Positions 56,952 to 64,000 of a stretch of 64,000 nucleotides of DNA are shown one piece after another. The notes under the pieces are model-generated. The model searched no databases, was not told where the DNA came from, and saw only the letters and a list, made by a program, of their open reading frames with translations. The stretch spans positions 32,818 to 96,817 of the forward strand of contig CAZTFQ010000004.1 in the NCBI GenBank assembly GCA_964613035.1, written 5' to 3'. Position numbers and translations under genes: made by a program. The stretch's first letter is position 1. Each line of letters opens with the position of its first letter. Source of the stretch: an uncultured Christensenellaceae bacterium (GTDB taxonomy: Bacteria; Bacillota; Clostridia; Christensenellales; DTU072).

Positions 56952-57948
56952 GGATTAAAGAATCTTCGATGCGCTGAATTATTCCCGACTCGGCAAGGTC
57001 TGCCGCCTGCAATATCGCCGCGGAAATAGCTTCGGCTTTACTACTGCCGTGAGCCTTGACTACTATTTTTTTGAGTCCTAGAAGCACCGCTCCGCCCTGA
57101 TCGTTGTAATCCATCGTTTTTTTAACTTTTTTCAGCGCGGGCTTCAATAATAAATATCCTAATTTTGCTCTTAATCCGCCCTCTAAAATATTTTGCTTGA
57201 TTAAAGAAAACAATGCAAGCGCCGTACCTTCCGCAGATTTCAAAGCGGCATTTCCGGCAAAACCGTCGGACACGACCACGTCGTATTTTCCGGAGAGCAG
57301 GTCTCTCGCTTCCATATTTCCGAGAAAGTTAAGTTTAGTATCTTCTTTAATAAGCTGAAAAGCTTCCCTTGTCAGAGTCGTCCCTTTCTTATCTTCGGTT
57401 CCGTTGGACAACACCGCAATACGCGGAGAAGAAATTCCGAGGACTCTTTCCATATAAGCGCTGCCCATCTGAGCGAACTGATAAAGATTGAGAGGCTTGG
57501 GCTCGGCATTGGCACCGCAATCTATAAGCAAAACTTTACCTCCCGCAACCGTAGGAAGTAACGGCGCAAGCGCGGGACGATTAATCCCTCTGATTCTTCT
57601 CAACAATATCACGCAAGCAGTAAGGACTGCTCCCGTACTGCCTGCCGAAACGAAAGCTTGGGCGTCGTCATGATTGTTAAGATAATCGATTGCACGCACT
57701 ATTGAAGAATCTTTTTTGCTTCTGATTGCCTCCGTAGGAGAATCGTCATTGGTAATAACGGTATCTGCGTCCAAAATTTCTATGCGGCTCAAGTCACAGT
57801 TCGCCGATGACAAAAAAGATTCTATTACACCTTTTTTACCCGACAAAACCAGCTCTAAATCGGATTTTTCGTTTAAAGCAGCTACCGCGCCGTTCAATAC
57901 TGCAGACGGGGAATTATCTCCGCCGAAAACGTCTACTACAACCTTCAT
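56944..57948 (-). CDS. plsX: Phosphate acyltransferase
   Basis: DVFGGD, SAGSTGA, RPAL, DCGAN, DGFAGN, KAHGSS. Confidence 0.96.
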   Translation of the reverse strand: MKVVVDVFGGDNSPSAVLNGAVAALNEKSDLELVLSGKKGVIESFLSSANCDLSRIEILDADTVITNDDSPTEAIRSKKDSSIVRAIDYLNNHDDAQAFVSAGSTGAVLTACVILLRRIRGINRPALAPLLPTVAGGKVLLIDCGANAEPKPLNLYQFAQMGSAYMERVLGISSPRIAVLSNGTEDKKGTTLTREAFQLIKEDTKLNFLGNMEARDLLSGKYDVVVSDGFAGNAALKSAEGTALALFSLIKQNILEGGLRAKLGYLLLKPALKKVKKTMDYNDQGGAVLLGLKKIVVKAHGSSKAEAISAAILQAADLAESGIIQRIEDSLIHE

Positions 57949-57967
57949 TATATCTCCTTCATATAGT

Positions 57968-57991
57968 AAAACGGGAGGTCGTCGACCTCCC
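57968..57991 (-). terminator. Intrinsic terminator after rpmF
   Basis: GGGAGGTC/GACCTCCC stem followed by GTTTT on minus strand. Confidence 0.7.
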
Positions 57992-58010
57992 CTTAAGGAT
58001 TTTTCCTCGA

Positions 58011-58199
58011 TTATGCCTTCTTATCTTCTACGTCAAGAACTTGCTTTCCGTTGTATTGTCCGCAATTGGGACATACCTCGTGGCTCTTGATAAGAGACTT
58101 ACAGTTAGGGCACTCAACAAGATTGGGTGTGTTTAATTTCCATTGGGAATATCTTGTGTTGGTTCTTTGTTTGCTCTGTTTTCTCTTCGGGACTGCCAT
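58011..58199 (-). CDS. rpmF: 50S ribosomal protein L32 (zinc-binding form)
   Basis: MAVPKRKQSK, CPNC...HEVCPNCG. Confidence 0.98.
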   Translation of the reverse strand: MAVPKRKQSKQRTNTRYSQWKLNTPNLVECPNCKSLIKSHEVCPNCGQYNGKQVLDVEDKKA

Positions 58200-58215
58200 T
58201 AGTAGTTACCTCCTC

Positions 58216-58695
58216 TTACTCTTCTAATAACACAGAAAAAGCATTACGTCTTTCCTGTTGAGTTTTACAATTACACTTTTCTTCGTTAAGATTTTTACCG
58301 CACGACGGGCACAAACCTCTACAATCCTCTTTACACAACACCGTACTCGGTAAAGAAAACTGGACGGTCTCTGCAACGGCATCGGTTATATCGACTTGCC
58401 AACCTTCGTACGGGAAAGTCCCTTCGGAACCGTCTTTCGTGAATATTGCGTCCAAATCTGCCGAAACGTCGGTCTCGACGGAAGTAAGACATCTGTCGCA
58501 CGGAACGATTATTTTATCGATAGTCACGGCACCCTTGACGTAAACAACGTTCTTCACAACGGAATACTTTCCGAAAACGCGCATCTCGGAACAGCTTTCT
58601 ACGTTTCTTCCGTCAAAAAGGCTCTCGTCAACAGGTCTCTCGAATGAAAACTCATATTCGATGCCGTCTATTGCCCTATCAATACATAAAATCAT
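58216..58695 (-). CDS. DUF177/YceD family protein
   Basis: CDRCL, LP...LCKEDCRGLCPSCGKNLN; upstream of rpmF. Confidence 0.92.
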   Translation of the reverse strand: MILCIDRAIDGIEYEFSFERPVDESLFDGRNVESCSEMRVFGKYSVVKNVVYVKGAVTIDKIIVPCDRCLTSVETDVSADLDAIFTKDGSEGTFPYEGWQVDITDAVAETVQFSLPSTVLCKEDCRGLCPSCGKNLNEEKCNCKTQQERRNAFSVLLEE

Positions 58696-58706
58696 AACGC
58701 TTAACT

Positions 58707-58735
58707 ATTATAACTGTTTATAATACCCGTGTCAA
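58707..58735 (-). promoter_or_regulatory. Sigma-A promoter of yceD-rpmF
   Basis: Perfect TTGACA-17 nt-TATAAT on minus strand. Confidence 0.8.
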
Positions 58736-58743
58736 ACGAAAAT

Positions 58744-59937
58744 TTATCTATTTTCAACGAGTTGTTTCGTATCTCTGGCAATAACGAGCTCTTCGTTGGT
58801 CGGCATGACGATAATTTTGACCTTGGAAGCATCTTTTTGAATCTCGCATACTTCTCCGCGTTTCAAAGTATCGTTCTTATTTTCATCCAGCTCTATCCCG
58901 ATACACTCAAGATTGCTAAGCACGAATTTTCTTCCGAAATTGGAATTTTCTCCTATACCGCCCGTCATTATAACGGCGTCGCATCCGCCGAGTGCTACAT
59001 AATATTGAGCGATATATTTTTTAACTCTGTATTGGAACATCTCAACCGCCAGCTTTGCTCCCGGATGACCTTCATAATACTTGGCTTCTACTTTTCTGAA
59101 ATCGGATTCGCCGCACAATCCCTTAAAACCGCTTTCTTTATTAAGAATATGCAGAACTTTATGGACGTCTATTCCGTCAAACTGTGCCATAAACTCGACG
59201 ACTGCGGGATCCACGTCCCCTGAACGCGTTCCCATAACCAAACCTTCAAGAGGCGTAAGCCCCATAGAAGTATCGATAACCTTTCCGTCCTTGACTGCCG
59301 ACAAAGAACTACCGTTGCCTAAGTGGCATATTATCAATCTTCCGGCATTTTCTTCACCCAGATACTTTGTCGCTTCCGTAGTTATATATTTATGAGAAGT
59401 ACCGTGGAAACCGTATTTTTTAATGTGGTAATCGGTATAATATTTATCCGGAATGGCATATCTTGAAGCATAATCGGGCATTGTCATATGAAAAGCCGTA
59501 TCGAATACCGCGCACATGGGAGTATCGGGCAAAATCTTTTGAGCCGCTTCTATACAACTGATATTTGCAGGCATATGAAGTGGACCGAAAACGGCATTCT
59601 TTTTGCACTTGTTCAGACTTTCCTCGTCAATCAACGTACTGTCGTTAAAATCGGGACCGCTATGGAGTACTCTGTGTCCCACCGCGGAAATCTCGTCTAA
59701 AGAGCCGATGACTCCGTGACGACTGTCCGTCAATGCTTTCACGACCATATCGAAAGCGACCAGATGATCGGGAATGGGACGCTCCTCTACATATTCGGCT
59801 TTCCCCGAATGTTTTATTCTACCGAGAGTATCTCCGATTTGTTCGACGAGTCCTTTTGCGATAACTCTCTCGTCGGACATATCGATGAATTGATATTTCA
59901 AAGAACTGCTACCTGCGTTGATAACTAATATTTTCAT
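58744..59937 (-). CDS. ackA: Acetate kinase
   Basis: VINAGSSSLK, GHRVLH, FDTAFH, YGFHGTSH, HLGNGSS, TNEELVIA. Confidence 0.98.
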   Translation of the reverse strand: MKILVINAGSSSLKYQFIDMSDERVIAKGLVEQIGDTLGRIKHSGKAEYVEERPIPDHLVAFDMVVKALTDSRHGVIGSLDEISAVGHRVLHSGPDFNDSTLIDEESLNKCKKNAVFGPLHMPANISCIEAAQKILPDTPMCAVFDTAFHMTMPDYASRYAIPDKYYTDYHIKKYGFHGTSHKYITTEATKYLGEENAGRLIICHLGNGSSLSAVKDGKVIDTSMGLTPLEGLVMGTRSGDVDPAVVEFMAQFDGIDVHKVLHILNKESGFKGLCGESDFRKVEAKYYEGHPGAKLAVEMFQYRVKKYIAQYYVALGGCDAVIMTGGIGENSNFGRKFVLSNLECIGIELDENKNDTLKRGEVCEIQKDASKVKIIVMPTNEELVIARDTKQLVENR

Positions 59938-59946
59938 TTTTTCACC

Positions 59947-60936
59947 TTAGCTTTGTAATGCGGTAATCGCTACGAGATAGACTATATCTTCTACGGAACA
60001 ACCTCTACTTAAATCGTTGACGGGTTTTGCTATTCCCTGGCAGATAGGTCCTATCGCTTCCGCACCGGCAAGTCTTTGAACAAGTTTATAGCCTATATTG
60101 CCGGACTGAATATCGGGGAAAATAAGAACGTTGGCGTGACCGGCAACAGAACTGTCGGGAGCTTTTAGACCGCCTACGGCTTCCACTAACGCCGCATCGG
60201 CTTGGAGCTCTCCGTCGAGAACGAGGTCCGGATAGTTTTCTTTTGCTATTCTCGAGGCTTCCGTTACCTTGTCGACAAACTCGTGTTTCGCACTGCCCTT
60301 AGTCGAAAACGACAACATTGCGACTTTAGGATCGATTCCCGCTATAATCGAAGCGTTTTTCGCGGTCAGATAAGCGATTTCCGCTAATTGTTCGGACGTG
60401 GGATTGATGGTTATCGCACAATCGCCGAAAGCCATAACACCGCCCGGGGCGTACGCATTATCGTCGGGCAAAACCATAATAAAACATCCGCTGACGTTTT
60501 TAATTCCGGGAGCGGTTTTGATTATCTGCAGAGCAGGTCTAATCGTATCGCCGGTAGAATGAATCGCACCCGAAACAAGACCGTCGGCATCGCCGGCTTT
60601 TAGCATAAGCGTACCGAAATATACGGGGTCCAGAGCTTTTTTCTTGGCGTCTTCTAAAGTCACACCCTTAGCCTTTCTCAATTCATAAAAAATGTCTGCA
60701 TATTTCTCCGTCAGCTCGCTGGTCTTGGGATTGACGTAATCTAGTATAGAAAAATCCGCGTCGGGAACAGCCTTTTTCGCAACCTCTATATCTCCTACGA
60801 GCGTTAGCTTGGCTATTCCTTGCTTGACGATTCTTTCGGCAGCCTTAATGGTACGAGGTTCTTCGCCCTCGGGTAAAACGATATGTCTTAAGTGAGCTTG
60901 GGCTTTTTTTATAATGCCGTCCATCAATTGTGACAT
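59947..60936 (-). CDS. pta: Phosphate acetyltransferase
   Basis: LPEGEE, DCAI, MLSFSTKGSA, DGELQADAAL, GNIGYK, NDLSRGC. Confidence 0.98.
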   Translation of the reverse strand: MSQLMDGIIKKAQAHLRHIVLPEGEEPRTIKAAERIVKQGIAKLTLVGDIEVAKKAVPDADFSILDYVNPKTSELTEKYADIFYELRKAKGVTLEDAKKKALDPVYFGTLMLKAGDADGLVSGAIHSTGDTIRPALQIIKTAPGIKNVSGCFIMVLPDDNAYAPGGVMAFGDCAITINPTSEQLAEIAYLTAKNASIIAGIDPKVAMLSFSTKGSAKHEFVDKVTEASRIAKENYPDLVLDGELQADAALVEAVGGLKAPDSSVAGHANVLIFPDIQSGNIGYKLVQRLAGAEAIGPICQGIAKPVNDLSRGCSVEDIVYLVAITALQS

Positions 60937-61023
60937 TTTTATCCTCCAAAATTACTTTTATTTTTATAAGAAATATATTATAATTATTTTTGAGTTTTAG
61001 CAAGCATTTGGGAGGTATTTAAT

Positions 61024-62214
61024 ATGATTACCGCTATCATCGCAGAATACAATCCTTTGACCAACGGTCACATTCTCCATATAGAAAAGGCTCGTCGAGA
61101 AACCGGCGCGGATACCGTTATGTGCGTAATGAGCGGCAGTTTTTCCGAGCGCGGGGATTCTTGCATCGCAGACAAGTACAAACGCGCACAATCGGCATGT
61201 CTTAACGGAGCCGATATAGTAATAGAATTGCCTACGGTATACGCCGTATCTCCCGCGGATTATTTCGCATACGGCGCAATTAAAACTCTGAAAGACATTA
61301 AGGAAGTAAAATATTTATCGTTCGGCAGTGAATGCGGCGACGTAAAAATGCTTGAAAAAACCGCCGATATTCTTACCAACGAACCCGACGAACTTTCCGA
61401 AAAAATCAAACTGAGACTTCAATCCGGAGCGTCATACCCCAGAGCGCGTTCCGAAGCATTCGACGAATACGTTTCGGCTTATCCCGAGACCGCCATGCTT
61501 AAAGGTATCCTAGACGGAGCCAACAACGTTTTGGGCATAGCGTACATTACAGCCATTAGAAAATTCAACGCCGACATCGTTCCTCACACTGTAAAGCGCG
61601 AAGGCAGTTCTTATAACGATTCCGAAATAAACTCCGATTATCCTTCCGCTTCGGCTATTCGTCAAGCCTTATATGACGGCAGAATCGCAGAATTGAAAGA
61701 ATCCGTCCCGAAAGAAACGTTATCTCTATTGGAATCATATAAAGGTAGCGAAAACTCTTTAGGGGATATGATACTATTCAAAATAAAAAAAACATCCGGT
61801 TATGAACTTGCCAAATATCACGATTTCACTGAAGGACTTCACAACCGTTTCAAAATCTGTGCCGAAACATCCAGTAATTATAAAGAGTTTTTAGAAAAGG
61901 TAAAAACAAAAAAATATACTATGGCTAGGATAAAAAGACTGTGTCTCAACGTACTTTTCGACATAACAGAAGATTATTTCGAAAAAGCTCTTCTTCTGCC
62001 TGCGTACCAACATGTCCTTGCCTTGAAAAAAGACAGAACGGACATTCTGTCTACACTCTCGTATCTCCCCAACTTCATGATCAGATATTCCGATGTCGAC
62101 AAAAAAGTCGACAAATCGATTCGTCCTCTCGTAAAACTGGATAGAGAATCTCAAGGGCTCTTATCCATAATCAATAAAGATTCAGAATTAATACGCTCGA
62201 TGATACTGGTATAA
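61024..62214 (+). CDS. tmcAL: tRNA(Met) cytidine acetate ligase (YlbM, HIGH nucleotidyltransferase)
   Basis: IAEYNPLTNGH, MSGSFSERG, FGSECG, NNVLG, SASAIR, KTKKYT; divergent from pta-ackA. Confidence 0.9.
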   Translation: MITAIIAEYNPLTNGHILHIEKARRETGADTVMCVMSGSFSERGDSCIADKYKRAQSACLNGADIVIELPTVYAVSPADYFAYGAIKTLKDIKEVKYLSFGSECGDVKMLEKTADILTNEPDELSEKIKLRLQSGASYPRARSEAFDEYVSAYPETAMLKGILDGANNVLGIAYITAIRKFNADIVPHTVKREGSSYNDSEINSDYPSASAIRQALYDGRIAELKESVPKETLSLLESYKGSENSLGDMILFKIKKTSGYELAKYHDFTEGLHNRFKICAETSSNYKEFLEKVKTKKYTMARIKRLCLNVLFDITEDYFEKALLLPAYQHVLALKKDRTDILSTLSYLPNFMIRYSDVDKKVDKSIRPLVKLDRESQGLLSIINKDSELIRSMILV

Positions 62215-62252
62215 CAAAGTATTTTTATTTAATACGCAACATAAAATAGGAC

Positions 62253-63215
62253 GTGACTCGTCCTGTTTTTTTTAACATAAAAAAACTAATCGTTTTCATC
62301 CCCTTATGTGCGATATTGATTTTGGTAATAATACGTCCGGACGTATACGGCGGAGCAGTTTTTTCAGGTGCGGAACTATACGTTAAATCGGTATTCCCCA
62401 CGATGCTTCCGATGTTGATTTTTTCCGGCTTGTTTATTAAAACGGGAATTGCCGACGATATATCGCAAATAATGAAAAAACCTATGGCAAAACTATTTAA
62501 AGCACCTCCGGTAGCCGGATATATACTAATAATCTCAATGTTATCGGGATACCCGATCGGGGCGAAAACGGTCTCCGATTATTATCTGTCGGGCGTTATC
62601 GACGATGAAGACGCTGCCAGAATATCGACTTTCGCGGGCACAAGCGGACCTATGTTCGTAATAGGAACGGTCGGAAGCGGATTCTTTTCCGAACCTCGTA
62701 TCGGCTACGTGATTTTAATCGCACATTATCTGGGCGCCGTTCTCACGGGACTCATTATGTGTAGTCCGAAACGAAAAACTCCCCTGTCGGATAAACAATT
62801 CGATATAAAATTATCCGAAAACAACTCTTTGGGCGAAGTATTTTCAAACAGTATGTCCACCGTACTTCTGGTAGGCGGATTCGTCGCGATTTTTTATATG
62901 TTAACGGAAATATTATTCACCACAGGAATCGCCGATTACTTGGAATCCGTCGGAGGAATTCTACTTAAAGGAGTATCGGTAGCTTTCGTCGAGATGACTC
63001 GCGGAGCGTTTATTTTATCATCGTATCCGAATAAAAAAATAGCGGTAGCATTTGTTACCGCAATGATTTCTTTCGGAGGATTATCCGTAACGATGCAATC
63101 CTTGGCTTTCTATAAAAACGCACATATAAGTACAATCAGATACTTGCTCACAAAAACGTTACAAGGATTGATATCTTTCGGATTGGCATATTTATTGATT
63201 AACGTCTTTATTTAG
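62253..63215 (+). CDS. ylbJ: YlbJ-like sporulation integral membrane protein
   Basis: VFPTMLP, SGYPIGAK, SGPMFVIGTVG, AHYLGA, EMTRG, SFGGLSV..Q. Confidence 0.8.
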   Translation: MTRPVFFNIKKLIVFIPLCAILILVIIRPDVYGGAVFSGAELYVKSVFPTMLPMLIFSGLFIKTGIADDISQIMKKPMAKLFKAPPVAGYILIISMLSGYPIGAKTVSDYYLSGVIDDEDAARISTFAGTSGPMFVIGTVGSGFFSEPRIGYVILIAHYLGAVLTGLIMCSPKRKTPLSDKQFDIKLSENNSLGEVFSNSMSTVLLVGGFVAIFYMLTEILFTTGIADYLESVGGILLKGVSVAFVEMTRGAFILSSYPNKKIAVAFVTAMISFGGLSVTMQSLAFYKNAHISTIRYLLTKTLQGLISFGLAYLLINVFI

Positions 63216-63689
63216 AGATTTAAGATAATTTATGGCGCCGTTGGTCTGCTTAAGAGATTCTTCTAGTACGGACGATGCGTCTTCAAACATCTTTATCACG
63301 TTATTCCTTGTCGATATCTGAGTATTTCTAGACCAATCCGCAGCTTCTTCTTTTATACTTTTGGCTTCGGCTTCAGCCTGGCGTAAAATTTCCGCTTCGG
63401 ATATAAGTTTAGACGCCTCGGCTCGGGCATTGTTTATAATCTCCTCGCCTTTTCTCTCTACGCTCTGAATATAGAGTTCCGCACGCCTCTTTTCGTCTTT
63501 TAATATCTCGTCCTTTTTCGCGACGATTATATTGGCTTCTTGCATCATTTCCGGCAGATTGTTACGTATTGCCGTAATTATCCGATATACGTCGTCGGGA
63601 TTAACCGAAACGGTATTGGAAAATACGGATTTTTTTCCGTTACGTATCAATAGTTCCAATTTTTGGAGTAAATCGTCCAGCTCTATCAT
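63192..63689 (-). CDS. Conserved coiled-coil protein downstream of coaD (DivIVA/ATP synthase b-like)
   Basis: LP..M.EA..I pattern and A..EA..I repeats; usual coaD neighbour in Clostridia. Confidence 0.75.
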   Translation of the reverse strand: MIELDDLLQKLELLIRNGKKSVFSNTVSVNPDDVYRIITAIRNNLPEMMQEANIIVAKKDEILKDEKRRAELYIQSVERKGEEIINNARAEASKLISEAEILRQAEAEAKSIKEEAADWSRNTQISTRNNVIKMFEDASSVLEESLKQTNGAINYLKSLNKDVNQ

Positions 63690-63691
63690 CT

Positions 63692-64000
63692 TTATTCCTC
63701 CTTAATAAGCCGTTCCGCCTCTTCCGTGACGTATCCGCATAGGCTCAAACCTGCGTCAAGCCTGGATTTAACTTCGGTAGAAGATATATATTTGTCATCC
63801 GCATCGAATATTACCGTAGTTACGCCGCAATGGCGGTCGTTATATTCAGCCATCGACGTTTCGTAATCGTATTCGGCAGAATTCCTTGCGCCGCGGAATA
63901 TTATATCGATATCGTTAAGTTTACAATAATCCGCAACGAAACCGTCGAAATAATCCACTTTGATTTTTTTAGGTTCTCCCGACGTTTTCAGCGCCGATTC
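63692..64000 (-). CDS. coaD: Phosphopantetheine adenylyltransferase, C-terminal part (5' end outside window)
   Basis: Frame open to window edge; FDGFVADY, IFRGARNSAEYDYE..MA..N, YISSTEVK. Confidence 0.82.
   Translation of the reverse strand, partial: ESALKTSGEPKKIKVDYFDGFVADYCKLNDIDIIFRGARNSAEYDYETSMAEYNDRHCGVTTVIFDADDKYISSTEVKSRLDAGLSLCGYVTEEAERLIKEE

Noticed and set aside
59947-62214. tmcAL divergent from pta-ackA (acetate link)
   Set aside because: Common arrangement in Clostridia; not novel
62215-62252. CATAAAAT resembling a sigma-E -10 box upstream of ylbJ
   Set aside because: Fits known sigma-E control of ylbJ in B. subtilis, but the -35 match is poor in AT-rich sequence; too weak to call

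Overview
Core-chromosome window of a low-GC Bacillota, most likely Clostridia (dapL, hrcA with CIRCE, ylxM, ylbJ, tmcAL divergent from pta-ackA); taxonomy is inferred from gene content only. Almost all genes are on the minus strand. In transcription order: coaD (partial), pta-ackA, yceD-rpmF-plsX-rnc-smc-ftsY-ylxM-ffh-rpsP-khpA-rimM-trmD-ylqF-rnhB-yraN-rplS, a lipoprotein/GT-C-like membrane protein, comM-dprA-topA-trmFO-hslVU-hisS-rseC-trxA-glyA-iscS-iscU, lepA-hemW-hrcA-grpE-dnaK-dnaJ-prmA-rsmE-mtaB-HIT-rpsU, dnaG-rpoD-trmK-nif3, dapF-dapL, a lacZ/patatin/PTS-IIC-like cluster, and polA (partial). I saw no rRNA, tRNA, CRISPR array, IS, integrase or phage gene. The most notable signal is an accessory membrane-anchored LamG-LamG-GH127 gene whose signal-peptide region is out of frame at a G9 tract (30388-30396); G8 or G11 restores the full-length protein, making it a candidate phase-variation switch, although an assembly indel cannot be excluded. 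Also noted: a 37-aa ORF below the track's size cutoff, a leaderless lepA promoter, several operator-like palindromes, and conserved neighbours missing from their usual positions (xerC, codY, acpP, iscR). I cannot claim a clearly new multi-gene system from the sequence alone.
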